A stretch of DNA of 64,000 nucleotides. Source: Candidatus Bathyarchaeota archaeon (lineage in GTDB: Archaea; Thermoproteota; Bathyarchaeia; Bathyarchaeales; Bathycorpusculaceae). Position numbers and translations under genes: made by a program. Each line of letters starts with the position of its first letter. Within the stretch, counting starts at the first letter, position 1. Shown one piece after another: positions 29,355 to 40,298 of this stretch. Under the pieces are notes generated by a model that searched no databases, was not told the DNA's origin, and saw only the letters and a list, made by a program, of their open reading frames with translations. The stretch spans positions 1-64,000 of the forward strand of contig CAVTBV010000005.1 in the NCBI GenBank assembly GCA_963733095.1. The letters are read 5' to 3'.

Positions 29355-30896
29355 ATGCAAGCAAGAAACAAAACTTCAAGCATTACAAGCCGCGAAATGC
29401 GGGCTCTAGAAGTCAACGCACAATACTTTGGCATCAGCCTACTTCAACTGATGGAGAACGCTGGACACAGAGTTGCCCAAGAAACTATTTTACGCTTCCA
29501 AAAGAACAAGAAAGCCGTGGTCTTCTGCGGTTTAGGGGGAAATGGCGGCGATGGTTTTGTTGCAGCGAGGCATCTTTTAGCTGAAGACTTTGAAGTAACT
29601 GTAGTCTTGGTTGGCCGAGGCCGCGATATTAGTCATGAAGCTGCGCTTACTAATTGGGGTATCCTTGAGTCGCTTCAGGGTAAGGTTTCCTTGTTTGAAT
29701 TTACCGACAGCTCACTCATACCCAAAGTTAATCCCGGCATAGTCATCGACGCCTTGCTTGGAACAGGAACCAAAGGAAAACTAAAACAACCAATAGCCAA
29801 AGTCGTCGACTACATTAATACGTTGAGCGGTTTCAAAATTGCCGTTGACGTACCCACAGGTATCGACGCAGACACCGGTGAAGTGTTAGGCACCGCCGTA
29901 AAAGCCGACCTCACCATAACCTTCCATAAAACGAAAACGGGCTTAGAGAAAGCAAAGAAATACGTTGGTGAACTCGAAGTGGTTGATATTGGTTTGCCTT
30001 CAGAGCTGGAACGGTTTGCGGGTCCCGGGGATGTTTTGCTTACAGCTAAACCTCGAAATCCCAAAGCGCACAAAGGCGACTCCGGACGGTTACTTGTTAT
30101 TGGAGGCAGTGAGGTTTTCTCGGGTGCCCCAACGCTGGTTTCGTTAGCTGCCCTGCGAACTGGCGTAGACATTGTTTATCTTGGGGCTCCAGCCAAAACT
30201 GCGCAAGCGATTTCATCAATGTCACCTGATTTGATAACAATAAAACTCGAAGGCGACAACCTAAACCTAGCAAACGTAATAACCCTCAAGCCCTACTTAA
30301 GCAAGGTTGATGCAGTTGTCATGGGTCCAGGCCTGGGTCTGAATCCTGAAACCCTCAAGTTTGTCAAAGCATTCATAGATGAGGTTGAAAAAGCCAAGAA
30401 ACCGCTGCTTTTGGATGCTGACGGATTAAAAGCCTTCGCTAAAATCAAACGACCTCTAAAGGCACCGTTGGTCTTGACGCCACATATGGGGGAATATGAG
30501 ATTCTTACGGGTGAAAAGTTGCCTGAAGACCAAGACGAACGTATCTTGGCAATACAGAAAACCTCCAAAAAACTAAACGCCACCTTCCTAGTCAAAGGCA
30601 GAGTTGACGTTATATGCGATGCTCAGCGTGCCAAATTGAATTTTACAGGTAATCCAGGCATGACTGTTGGGGGAACCGGTGATGTTCTCAGCGGAATCGT
30701 CGGCGGTTTGATGACTCAGAACGTTGATGTGTTTGAGGCAGCCGTTGCAGGGGCATTTGTGAATGGTGCGGCAGGCGACTTTGTTGCAAGTGAGATTGGC
30801 TTTCACATGGTGGCTACGGACATCATTGATTGGATTCCGCGTATCTTTGAGAATCCTATGGGACATTTAGAGGTGCGTAACCCAAGTGGAAACTAG
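29355..30896 (+). CDS. nnr: Bifunctional NAD(P)HX epimerase/dehydratase
   Basis: LMENAG, GNGGDG, HKGDSG, TPHMGE, GGTGDVLSG. Confidence 0.95.
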   Translation: MQARNKTSSITSREMRALEVNAQYFGISLLQLMENAGHRVAQETILRFQKNKKAVVFCGLGGNGGDGFVAARHLLAEDFEVTVVLVGRGRDISHEAALTNWGILESLQGKVSLFEFTDSSLIPKVNPGIVIDALLGTGTKGKLKQPIAKVVDYINTLSGFKIAVDVPTGIDADTGEVLGTAVKADLTITFHKTKTGLEKAKKYVGELEVVDIGLPSELERFAGPGDVLLTAKPRNPKAHKGDSGRLLVIGGSEVFSGAPTLVSLAALRTGVDIVYLGAPAKTAQAISSMSPDLITIKLEGDNLNLANVITLKPYLSKVDAVVMGPGLGLNPETLKFVKAFIDEVEKAKKPLLLDADGLKAFAKIKRPLKAPLVLTPHMGEYEILTGEKLPEDQDERILAIQKTSKKLNATFLVKGRVDVICDAQRAKLNFTGNPGMTVGGTGDVLSGIVGGLMTQNVDVFEAAVAGAFVNGAAGDFVASEIGFHMVATDIIDWIPRIFENPMGHLEVRNPSGN

Positions 30897-31464
30897 CTCA
30901 GAACAAACAAAGTCAGATTTACCTGTTAGAATAACCATTTACCATGCCGCTCAAGATGACCCCAAAAAAAACACTGCATTACGGTTAAAACGTCGAGGAC
31001 TTGCCCGCATTGTTACAAGTGCAAGATTTCTTCCTAAGCGAGCGATAGTGCTAAACCCCTTTGGCGAAATCGCATTTTCTCCGGCAGATAGAGAGAGGCT
31101 TGAGCAGTTTGGGTTGGCGGCGCTGGATTGCAGTTGGGAACATGCCCAAAAAGTCATGGGCAAACAAGTTAAGGGAACCAGTCGATGCTTACCCATTCTG
31201 ATTGCAGGTAACCCTGTGAATTATGGGAAACTTACCAAGCTAACAACTGCAGAAGCCATTGCAGCAGCCTTGTATATTGCCGGGTTTAAGGAGGAAGCCG
31301 AGAAGGTTTTGTTGATTTTTCCGTGGGGACATACGTTTTTTGAGGTAAACCAAATGTTACTCGACAATTACGTGACAGCTAAGGATAGCGCGAACATTGT
31401 GGAAATGCAAACGCGGCTTTTAAAAAACCAAAAACGCGAGCCAAGTAAAAATGTGTTTGAATGA
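30886..31464 (+). CDS. tsr3: 16S rRNA aminocarboxypropyltransferase
   Basis: DDPKKNTA, LDCSW, AGNPVNYGK, WGHTF. Confidence 0.95.
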   Translation: METSSEQTKSDLPVRITIYHAAQDDPKKNTALRLKRRGLARIVTSARFLPKRAIVLNPFGEIAFSPADRERLEQFGLAALDCSWEHAQKVMGKQVKGTSRCLPILIAGNPVNYGKLTKLTTAEAIAAALYIAGFKEEAEKVLLIFPWGHTFFEVNQMLLDNYVTAKDSANIVEMQTRLLKNQKREPSKNVFE

Positions 31465-31993
31465 CACTTCTTGTATGTGCGCCTTACGCCATTGTATTTG
31501 AATGCGCCTAGTAGAGCCTAAGTTGAAATAACTAAAAAGATTTTCATGTGTTAGATCTTGGGAAAAAGATATATCGATAGGCTCCTAAGAAAGAGTTTGT
31601 TTTGATTCTATTTTATTACGTGAATTTTTTTATCCTTCTATATTTGGAGTAAGTTGGATCGGAATCGAAGAAGTACTATTTGACCCACTAACATAAACAA
31701 CGCTATCGCTGATTGCCTGTAAATAACATAGGCTGACTTATATCAGCCCGACCGATATTTCCTAACATTGCCTCAATTTGAATGTCATTTTGAGTACCAA
31801 GCATTAGAAATGTTCCAGATAGAATGAGAACAATAGGGAAAGTGTAGAATCGCTACACGTAGATGGCTAGGCGCGTATCAACCTATTTGGATTTATCGCC
31901 GTTTTTTCACGCCATTATTAATAGAAAAACAAAAAGCCTATTGGTAAGGTTACTCTTTCTCCGCAGTATATTTTTACCACGCATATATTCACT

Positions 31994-33112
31994 ATGCTAA
32001 CTAAGAGATGCAATCGCTTGAAAATTATAGAAAAAAATCTGCACCAAGGCTTCGTTAAAGTGGTTCCCGATTCGCCAGATGACCTTTGGCACCTTTACAA
32101 TATCATCTACAAGGGCGATGAGGTTTACGCTTACAGTAGCCGCGCCATAAAAAGCGATACTGAAACCAGCCGCCCCAAAAGTGCGGAGCGGGTTTCTGCG
32201 TTTATGGGGGTGAAGGCAGAGTCGGTTGGGTGGGACAAGTTTTTGGGGAAGCTGCGGGTTCACGGCTTGATTTGTCATGCTCCAGACATCATTCCTACAG
32301 GTGCTCACCATACGCTGAGCATTGCGCTTAATCAGCCTATGACGATTGTGAAGAGGGAATGGCCCAAACATCTCCTCGATCGTCTCACAAAGGCAAGCGA
32401 AACCGAAAAACCCCTCTTAATCCTATCCATCGACGATGAGGGCTTTGCTATAGCTGAAACTAAACAGTATGGTTATGAAACCCGAGTGGACCACCGCATG
32501 AGGCTTCCTGGAAAAGTTGAAGCGGACAAAAGGGTGGAAGCCACAAAAGCCTACTTCAAACTTGCACTCGCTAGCCTAAACAAGCTGTGGGCGCCAAGTC
32601 ACAATCCAATAGTTATTATCGGAGCGGGCTACGTTAAAACTGACTTCGTAAAGTACCTAAACGAAGAATCAAAAGAAATGGCTAAGGCTGTTGTGGATGT
32701 TAAGAGCGTTAACAACGGTGGAACAGCTGGAATCGATGAGGCGTTGAGGTCGGGGGTTTTGTTGAAGGCGGCGCATCAACTGCGGGTTGTTGATGAAACG
32801 GAGACAATGGAGGAGGTTATGAAGCGTTTGGGCAAAGGCGAAGGCACGGTTACTTATGGTTTGACTGCGGTGGAGAACGCGGTGATGATGGGTGCTGTGG
32901 AGAAACTGGTGGTTGCTGATACGACCCTACGCGACGCTGATGAAGGTCAGCGGCTTGAACTCGAAGCTCTTATGCACCAAGTCGAAAAACGCAACGCAAC
33001 CATAACGGTGGTTAGCACGGAGCATGAAGCGGGTGCAAAACTACTTTCGCTTGGCGGGATAGTAGCCTTGCTAAGGTTCCCAATATACCGAGACAAATCT
33101 ACAAGCGACTAA
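31994..33112 (+). CDS. pelA: Pelota (start may be TTG 32018)
   Basis: DDLWHLYNI, HHTL, LGGIVALLRF. Confidence 0.95.
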   Translation: MLTKRCNRLKIIEKNLHQGFVKVVPDSPDDLWHLYNIIYKGDEVYAYSSRAIKSDTETSRPKSAERVSAFMGVKAESVGWDKFLGKLRVHGLICHAPDIIPTGAHHTLSIALNQPMTIVKREWPKHLLDRLTKASETEKPLLILSIDDEGFAIAETKQYGYETRVDHRMRLPGKVEADKRVEATKAYFKLALASLNKLWAPSHNPIVIIGAGYVKTDFVKYLNEESKEMAKAVVDVKSVNNGGTAGIDEALRSGVLLKAAHQLRVVDETETMEEVMKRLGKGEGTVTYGLTAVENAVMMGAVEKLVVADTTLRDADEGQRLELEALMHQVEKRNATITVVSTEHEAGAKLLSLGGIVALLRFPIYRDKSTSD

Positions 33113-33277
33113 AATCAAAATCAAACATAACTTTGATCTTTATAACAAAAAAGATCCAAAAAAATCTAAATTGTTTTTCCAATAGATACAAAAGCTAAAC
33201 TAAACATGGGTTCTAGACCCTTTATAAAGATGATTTATATACCCCTGTTCTATTTAAATACTCAATCGTGAGTTGAC

Positions 33278-33841
33278 ATGAGTAAAAGAAAACCCATCAT
33301 TAACATCCAAAACATCGTTGCCTCAGTCTCACTTAACCAAAAAATTGACTTACAAAAAATTGTGGAGAAATTCCCCCAAACCGAATACAACCCCAGCGTC
33401 TTCCCGGGCCTTGTCTTCAGATTAAAAAAACCCAAAACAGCTACCCTGATATTCGGTACAGGCAAAATGGTTTGCACAGGAGCTAAATCAGAAAAAGAAT
33501 CACGCAGCGCCGTAGAAAAAGTCGTCAAGGAACTGCGAAGCGAAGGCATTCAAATTACAGAAAAACCTGTCGTGATGATCCAAAACATCGTTGCTTCAGC
33601 GGAACTTGGCGGAGAAATCGACTTAGAAAGCCTCGTTTACAAGCTTAGCAAAGTCATGTATGAACCTGAACAGTTCCCAGGCGCAGTCTACCGCATGGAT
33701 GAACCCAAGGTAGTGTTCTTAATCTTCAGTGCAGGCAAACTCGTTTGCGTCGGAGCCAAAAAAGAAGAACAAGTCTTCGAAGCAGTCGACAAAATCCAAG
33801 CACTACTCGAAGAAAAAGAACTCATCTACTACCCATCATAG
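33278..33841 (+). CDS. tbp: TATA-binding protein
   Basis: Two NIVAS...FPG repeats. Confidence 0.98.
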   Translation: MSKRKPIINIQNIVASVSLNQKIDLQKIVEKFPQTEYNPSVFPGLVFRLKKPKTATLIFGTGKMVCTGAKSEKESRSAVEKVVKELRSEGIQITEKPVVMIQNIVASAELGGEIDLESLVYKLSKVMYEPEQFPGAVYRMDEPKVVFLIFSAGKLVCVGAKKEEQVFEAVDKIQALLEEKELIYYPS

Positions 33842-34010
33842 ACTCCTTTCTTTTTCAACTATCAAGCAGATTAAATCTCTGCCTTGATTTTTTCGCAACA
33901 TTTTGAACATTCGAATCGCTTTTTTGGGGTGTTCCTCTGATGGAACAAAGTGTTCCGTAAGGAGAGCTAAATCTCGGTTTAGGCAAGAATATAATTGAGT
34001 AGTTGCCTTA

Positions 34011-34927
34011 ATGCACCCTAAAAACAAAATCATTCCATTAATGATTCTGACAATAACGTTGACCCTACTGTTTCCGCTATCAACCGTGCAAAGTTACAAC
34101 CAGACTTCTCAAACCATTCTGGAAAATCAGGCACTTCAGTATTTAACAGAAGTATACAATTTAGATTTTAACCACTACAACATAACGTTGCACGACAGCT
34201 ACATGCTTTCATCTGGTCCAAACGACTCAGCCGTTTATGAATCCGTCAATTACTTTCTCAACTCCTCAGACAGCACTTAACAGCTGTATTCGTGTTCAAA
34301 GATGCGTACCTCTACCAATTTGCGTTGCGAAGCATAAACGGCTCAGTGGTTGAGGCTAAACCGTACTCCAACCTTACAGTTGCAGCAACCGATTTTATGA
34401 CAAACTATCAGAAGGTAACTTCGGTTGATTTAACGCCGCTAATAATTCTGCTTAACATGCTAAGCAAAAATGAAACCACCAAAGCAACAATGGGTAACCT
34501 AACATTAACTGAAAGCAGCGCCACCTTAATCCCAGGTCACCTTACCACATCATTCACTTGGAGAAACCTCCCTGACCAAGCATGCGTTGACTTACTCTTC
34601 GATAATGGTGTATTCTATTCTTTGACAGATTTGCCACCATTCACTGCTCAAGACAGCGCAGAAGCCATGCACACGCTACCACAAACATCAACTCCAACCT
34701 CTTCTCCAGCGACTTCACCATCCCCCACACCAACCTCTGATTCACTGTCTTATTTGGGAACAGGAAACCAAAATCCCCAAACAAGCAGAAGCTTGTCGTT
34801 AGAGAACAGTTATGTAGTTGTCATCGTTGGGCTTTTGGTGGTTATTGCTATTTGTGTCTGCGTGATTTTGTACACACAGCATAAACCCAAAGTATTAAGG
34901 CAAGTTAAGTTTTCATTCTTCGCCTAA
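34011..34927 (+). CDS. Secreted C-terminally anchored protein, frameshift near 34278
   Basis: Signal peptide, S/T/P linker and TM anchor across two ORFs. Confidence 0.7.
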
Positions 34928-35609
34928 CTGCAGGATTCTGTTCTGAGAGTTTTTTGAGAGCTAACTCGAAGGTTTCATCTGCAACCAATTCCTTTTTAAC
35001 GAAAACTCCAGTTCTGCCCACTGCGTCACGCTTGAGCAGAGCATGCACCCTATCCAACACGGTTTCGGCTGATATACCCAACATTTTAGCCGCAAACTCT
35101 TCCCTGTCTACGATGCTGCTCTCCACATGGCCCTTCAATGTTGGTTCGATAATCATTAGCCGTTTATCCACGCCTGCAACCCGAAGAGCCACTTTAAGCT
35201 GAGCAAGGTTGACCTCTCCTCCAAACCGGTAAAATTCCCTCTCAACACGTCGCATCTCCATAAGTGGAAACGAAACCGTTGTTGTCTCGTCGATTTCGAT
35301 GTGTGCCTTCATCGCGTAAGATGGGGTAGCTTGAACAATAAACCGAGTGTCTATAGGAATTTTACCTTTTTCAAGAGCGGTTTCTACCAAAAAACTATTC
35401 TGTACTTCAGGAATAAACACGTCGACATCGCTGCCCTGTTTGACGTCTCCCCTAGCTATGCTGCCATGCGTAATCGACCTTAAATGAAACGTTTCCAGCG
35501 CAGCCATAACCCAAACCGCCCTCTCTCTCAGTTCCTTTAGCCGTTCCCAGCGTGCACTGGAATAGGTTACTTCTCTGTATTCTTCAGGCTTAGTGGGTTT
35601 AACTGCCAT
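34905..35609 (-). CDS. Archaeal nucleotidyltransferase-domain protein
   Basis: HGSIARGDV..SDVD; RD.VGRTGVF. Confidence 0.88.
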   Translation of the reverse strand: MAVKPTKPEEYREVTYSSARWERLKELRERAVWVMAALETFHLRSITHGSIARGDVKQGSDVDVFIPEVQNSFLVETALEKGKIPIDTRFIVQATPSYAMKAHIEIDETTTVSFPLMEMRRVEREFYRFGGEVNLAQLKVALRVAGVDKRLMIIEPTLKGHVESSIVDREEFAAKMLGISAETVLDRVHALLKRDAVGRTGVFVKKELVADETFELALKKLSEQNPAVRRRMKT

Positions 35610-35687
35610 ATTTATCGCTAAAACATGGATTTAGTGTGGCATCGTTTATTTAGTTTAACATCAATCAAAGAAATATCCGTGAAATTA

Positions 35688-36626
35688 ATGCCTGTTCCCA
35701 ACTGTAGCCGTTGCAAAACCAATGACGCCTTCTTCTACAGGCAATACTCAGGCGAGCGACTGTGCAAAAAATGCTTCACCCAAGCCATAGAAGCAAAGGT
35801 ACGCACAACCATCACCCGCTACCACATGTTAAACTTTGACGACCACTTAGCCGTGGCGGTTTCAGGCGGCAAAGATAGCCTTGCCATACTTCACATCCTT
35901 GCAAAGCTAAAGCATAATAGACCAAAAACCACCCTAACCGCAGTGACAGTGGATGAAGGCATCAAGGGCTACCGTGACGAAGCTTTAGAAATCGCCGCCA
36001 AAAGCTGTAAAAAACTCGAAATTCCCCATCACATCGTTTCGTTCAAACAGCTTTATGGCTTTACGTTGGATGAGTTGATTTTGAAGGCACGTGAAAAGGG
36101 GCAAGCAGAGTTGACTGCATGCGCTTACTGTGGTGTCTTGAGGCGAAAAGCTATCAACGAAGGAGCCCGACAAGTTAAAGCCACCAAAATCGCCACGGGA
36201 CACACCCTCGATGACGAGGTTCAGACGGTTCTAATGAATATTTTCCACGGCGACATCGCAAGATTAGCAAAGGAAAAACCAGTCACAAGCGAACTACATC
36301 CGCTTTTTGTGCAGAAGATTAAGCCTTTTTGCGAAATTCCAGAGAAAGAAAGTGCTCTATACGCCTACGTCAAAAAAATAGCTTTCCAAGATACACCATG
36401 CCCATATGCAGGAGAAGCCCTACGTAACGATCTTCGCGGAATGCTTAATCGCATGGAGGAAAAACATGCTGGAACAAAATTCACTGTTTTCAAAGCCCTT
36501 GAACGCCTACGACCTGCACTTGAAGAAACAGCCAAAAAAGAAGATTTTAAAACCTGCGCCGAATGCGGTGAGCCGTCTGCATTGGATTTGTGCAAGGCAT
36601 GTGAGCTTTTGAGGCATGTTCGATAG
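35688..36626 (+). CDS. tRNA 2-thiolation protein (Ncs6/TtuA, TIGR00269-like)
   Basis: SGGKDS PP-loop, CAYCGVLRR, GHTLDD, terminal Zn fingers. Confidence 0.92.
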   Translation: MPVPNCSRCKTNDAFFYRQYSGERLCKKCFTQAIEAKVRTTITRYHMLNFDDHLAVAVSGGKDSLAILHILAKLKHNRPKTTLTAVTVDEGIKGYRDEALEIAAKSCKKLEIPHHIVSFKQLYGFTLDELILKAREKGQAELTACAYCGVLRRKAINEGARQVKATKIATGHTLDDEVQTVLMNIFHGDIARLAKEKPVTSELHPLFVQKIKPFCEIPEKESALYAYVKKIAFQDTPCPYAGEALRNDLRGMLNRMEEKHAGTKFTVFKALERLRPALEETAKKEDFKTCAECGEPSALDLCKACELLRHVR

Positions 36627-36627
36627 T

Positions 36628-36828
36628 TTATTTGGTGAAGCCTTTTTCGCTTTTTAGTTTGCGAAGAATCTCTGAAGCTTCAAACGCGGTGCTTGCCGCA
36701 GCTACCTTTTGAGCCTTCAGAAGGTTAACGTGTGTACCGCAGTAGGGGCAGATTTTTGTTTTTTGGGCTTTGGCAGTCAACATTAAGCCTCCGCATTTGG
36801 TGCATTTTACGATGAGTGTGGCGCCCAT
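36628..36828 (-). CDS. Zinc-ribbon protein (DUF1922-like)
   Basis: CTKCG...KTKICPYCG. Confidence 0.8.
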   Translation of the reverse strand: MGATLIVKCTKCGGLMLTAKAQKTKICPYCGTHVNLLKAQKVAAASTAFEASEILRKLKSEKGFTK

Positions 36829-36899
36829 TTTGGGGTTGCCTCCGAAAGGCTTTTCATCATACAGGTTCTTTAATAGTTTGGTAGGGAACAGAGAGAGCT

Positions 36900-37262
36900 A
36901 TGAGTGTTGATGAAGAGCAGTTTAAGGCTAGGTCCCGTCTGACTAATTTGGCGGTGGCGTTCTTCAAGAAGGAAGGCTATAAGGTTAACAGCGAAAACGT
37001 CAAGTTGGAAGGCCACAGCGGCGTGTCACGACATTTTGATTTGATTGTACAGAAGGGACGCTTTGAGCAGGGTGTTTGGGTTCGCGACTGGAACCGAACC
37101 ATCGGCGTAAACGTTATCATCAACTTAGACACGTCCTCGGAAGACGTAGATCTGTCGAGTCCCATCATAATTGGCGAAAAATTCAGCGACCACGCCAAAT
37201 CCTACAGCAACCGACGAAAGATAACGTTGCTGACGAAACAGAAGATCGGCAGCTTCCGGTAA
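36900..37262 (+). CDS. Restriction-endonuclease-fold protein, probably inactive
   Basis: LEGHSGVSRHFDL; no ExK motif. Confidence 0.7.
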   Translation: MSVDEEQFKARSRLTNLAVAFFKKEGYKVNSENVKLEGHSGVSRHFDLIVQKGRFEQGVWVRDWNRTIGVNVIINLDTSSEDVDLSSPIIIGEKFSDHAKSYSNRRKITLLTKQKIGSFR

Positions 37263-37847
37263 CTAAGCTTTTAAGTACTGGTCTGTTAAGCCTTCGCTTT
37301 CAAGTAAACCAAGCCAATCAACAATGCCCGTATAGGATTTTTTGTGTTTATTCAAAACATCAAGGATTTCCTCGATGTTTTCCTCGACGGTTTTTCCCGT
37401 CACATCCAACTCGCAAACCTTGTGCTCTTGAGTCTGAATGGCTTCAACTAAGCATGAGTCAAGGATTTCCGCGGAGAGGTTTTCGTAGAGTTTTGCATCT
37501 GAGAAGCCACAGTTTTGCATTAATTCTTTGAGTTCTTTGGGGTTCCTGCGCAGAACAAAGACGTTGGTTACGAGTTCGGGCGGGGTGACCGCAGCGGCGT
37601 AGTGCCCGTCTACGATGATGTTGGTGTTGGTTGAGGCTTCTATTGTTTCTTTGAGTTTTTGCCGCATTGCTTCTTCGTCGATTATTGTCGTTTTTCGTTC
37701 CTCATCTTCGCCTAAAATAAGGTTGTAGTTTTTAGCTAAATCAGTAAGGTTAATGTAGTCTGAATGGAGTTTTGCGGCAAGTTGTTTTGCCGTGGTTGTT
37801 TTTCCCGTGCAGGGTGTACCTGTTATGAGTATCACGCGTTTGTTCAT
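37263..37847 (-). CDS. Adenylate kinase (AK6/Fap7 type)
   Basis: ITGTPCTGKTT, VDGH, ENLSAEI. Confidence 0.9.
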   Translation of the reverse strand: MNKRVILITGTPCTGKTTTAKQLAAKLHSDYINLTDLAKNYNLILGEDEERKTTIIDEEAMRQKLKETIEASTNTNIIVDGHYAAAVTPPELVTNVFVLRRNPKELKELMQNCGFSDAKLYENLSAEILDSCLVEAIQTQEHKVCELDVTGKTVEENIEEILDVLNKHKKSYTGIVDWLGLLESEGLTDQYLKA

Positions 37848-38006
37848 GAAGGGTATTGTTGTGGGGGGGTAGTTATTGGTTTTGTCTTCCTTCTGTCGTT
37901 TCTGCAATGAGTTTTTTAATAAGATCCAAATAGCAAGCAATGATATTTTTGGTAAAACTTAAATCCTTAGCACACCAAAGTTAGTTAGCGATTTTTAGGT
38001 GATTTA

Positions 38007-38351
38007 ATGTCTCAACAATTTGAACAGTATATATGTAAATTTATCCAGGAACAATCAAACACTTTAAAAAGTTACCTCTTAGCTGCCTTAGATAGCAAAG
38101 ACCAATGCCTCTACTACTTAGAAAGCAGACTAGGTACTATACTTCCTTCTTTGGATATAAGAAACTGTGAATTATTAACTGAAGCAAAACTATTCCGCGA
38201 AGAAGTCAAAAATACTATGGATGGACGCAACAGGTATAAACTGTTTTACTTAACTGATTTGGGAAAAGAATTGGCACAAAGCGCCAAAGACTCAAGCATA
38301 TCTGATGAAATGCCTGAGACACCTCCCGTTGCGCCTAAAAAGCCAGAATAG
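38007..38351 (+). CDS. Hypothetical protein, wHTH-like
   Basis: YLTDLGKELA wing motif. Confidence 0.7.
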   Translation: MSQQFEQYICKFIQEQSNTLKSYLLAALDSKDQCLYYLESRLGTILPSLDIRNCELLTEAKLFREEVKNTMDGRNRYKLFYLTDLGKELAQSAKDSSISDEMPETPPVAPKKPE

Positions 38352-38418
38352 ACAATTTAACCCTGTAAAATCAAAAAAATCTCTTTTTAAAAAAAAGAAA
38401 AAGTAGAAATTTAAGTGT

Positions 38419-38922
38419 TTATGCTGGTGGTGGTGGAGGTGGTGGCGGAGGAGCAGCTACAGATGCGAACGGTTGTTTTGTTTGAACAACAATGGTTCCG
38501 GCGTAGCGGTCGGAGAATTTTTGTCGTTTGTCTCCAGGGGTTGCAATTCCGATTAGCCAATCAAGGAATAGTAGCAGTGGGTAGATTTTGCTGATGTTGC
38601 GTATGAATGTTTTTCCTATTGGTGCTTTGCCGCCGTTTACCATTTGTACTTGCAAGCCCATAATTCGTTTGCCGATTGTTGCACCCCATGATGCATCAAG
38701 TATTGTGTAATAGAGTACTGCGAGTATTCCCCATATTAACCAGAAGAATACAAAGCCAAGGGCTCCAAAGAAATAACCGAAGCCGCCTGAAAATAGCGTT
38801 GCAATTGCCAGAATGAAGCCGATTATTGCTGCAGCGATGCTAAGTATGATACCGTCAATAATTAAGGCGATAAGGCGTATAATCCAATGTCCCCAGTCTA
38901 TTTGCTCAGAATTGGTTGTCAT
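38419..38922 (-). CDS. RDD family membrane protein
   Basis: RLIALIID, GATIGKRIMGL, QKFSDRYAGT. Confidence 0.92.
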   Translation of the reverse strand: MTTNSEQIDWGHWIIRLIALIIDGIILSIAAAIIGFILAIATLFSGGFGYFFGALGFVFFWLIWGILAVLYYTILDASWGATIGKRIMGLQVQMVNGGKAPIGKTFIRNISKIYPLLLFLDWLIGIATPGDKRQKFSDRYAGTIVVQTKQPFASVAAPPPPPPPPPA

Positions 38923-39002
38923 TTTTTTATAAAACTCCTGTTAATTCTGTTAGAGCGTTTGTTATTAATATCTTTCTATCGCTCGTTTAACTAGAAGAAG
39001 AT

Positions 39003-39653
39003 TTAGGGCTTGAAACCAATCAAAAGCGCTATTTCAAGCCATTTCCAAACGCAATCGACATCCACAAACCCAATATGTCTTAACCATCGAAGCTGGGTTT
39101 CGACGTCTAAGAGCTTGTTTGACGGGTCCTCTGTTTGTGGTGTAAGTCCTGTGGCTGACAAAAATTTTAAGTGCAGGTTTTCTGTTGGGGAGGAAACGTG
39201 TTCAAGGTTGCAGAATACGCCTTTGGGGTTTAACAGGTCAAATATTTCTGTGTAGAGTTGTTTTTTTCTTGAGTGGGTTAAGTGGTGAATAGCTAAACTG
39301 GAAACTACCGCATCAAAACGCCCCAGTTGCGCTGAGGGTAGCGGCAGACTTAAATCGTGTTTAACAATGGTGACCTGTTTGTCGTTTGCAAATCGTTTTT
39401 TGGCTTGCTCAATCATTGGGTCAGAAAAATCCAACGCCATTCCTTCCGCCGAGGTATTATTCAATCTGACCAGCGTCAGCAACCTGCCGTCGCCTGTTCC
39501 TAAATCCAGAACCCTTTGGGTATTTGGTGGAATCTGTTCTAACAACGCTTTTTCGCCTTCACTGCGATGCAGCAGCTTATCTGCTCTACCCAAATATGCT
39601 AATGCGTGTTCGACGGTTTGCCATTCGCTTTTCAGATTGTCTTGTTGGGGCAT
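39003..39653 (-). CDS. Class I SAM methyltransferase
   Basis: VLDLGTGDG, SSLAIHHL. Confidence 0.92.
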   Translation of the reverse strand: MPQQDNLKSEWQTVEHALAYLGRADKLLHRSEGEKALLEQIPPNTQRVLDLGTGDGRLLTLVRLNNTSAEGMALDFSDPMIEQAKKRFANDKQVTIVKHDLSLPLPSAQLGRFDAVVSSLAIHHLTHSRKKQLYTEIFDLLNPKGVFCNLEHVSSPTENLHLKFLSATGLTPQTEDPSNKLLDVETQLRWLRHIGFVDVDCVWKWLEIALLIGFKP

Positions 39654-39799
39654 TTTGATACATACCGTTAGGATGTGGTAGGGGATTTATAATTAAAGTT
39701 TGCGACTTTTTTGTACTAGACTTTTTGTAACCCAGAAAAATAAAACTTATATCCTTTAGGTATGCTTAATGGACAGGTAAAGTGAGGGAATTCTGTTCA

Positions 39800-40147
39800 A
39801 TGGAGTTTTGTCCAACTTGCGGTTGCCGCCTTGAACCCAAACGGACGGGTGTCGGCAACTCGTTCGTACTGTCTTGTCAGAAATGCGGATACACAAAGCA
39901 ACCCATCGATAAAAAAGCTGAATCAAAAACAGGTGCAGTATTGCAGCCTAAACCAAAACCATTTATGACTATTATTTCGGAAGAAGACCAAAAAATTAAC
40001 ACCATGCAAACCATAAAGATGAAGTGTGAGAAATGTGAAAATAACGAAGTCTTCGTTTGGCAAGTGCAGACACGAGGCGGCGATGAAGCATCAACCCAGT
40101 TTATGCGATGCACAAAATGCGGACACACGTTCAGAGAATACACTTAA
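39800..40147 (+). CDS. tfs: Transcription factor S
   Basis: FCPTCG and QTRGGDE...CTKCG. Confidence 0.95.
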   Translation: MEFCPTCGCRLEPKRTGVGNSFVLSCQKCGYTKQPIDKKAESKTGAVLQPKPKPFMTIISEEDQKINTMQTIKMKCEKCENNEVFVWQVQTRGGDEASTQFMRCTKCGHTFREYT

Positions 40148-40205
40148 TTTTGGAAAGTTATTAAAGCATGTAATCGCTTTAATGTTACACTCGGAGTAAA
40201 ACCCG

Positions 40206-40298
40206 ATGCCGAAAAAAGAAAAACCATTAACTAAAAAAGAACGCGACGAGAAACGAAAAGCGAAAAAAGAAAAGAAGAGCAAAACGCAGACTAGTTGA
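40206..40298 (+). CDS. Possible 30-aa Lys-rich peptide
   Basis: MPKKEKPLTKKERDEKRKAKKEKKSKTQTS with GGAG upstream. Confidence 0.35.
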   Translation: MPKKEKPLTKKERDEKRKAKKEKKSKTQTS

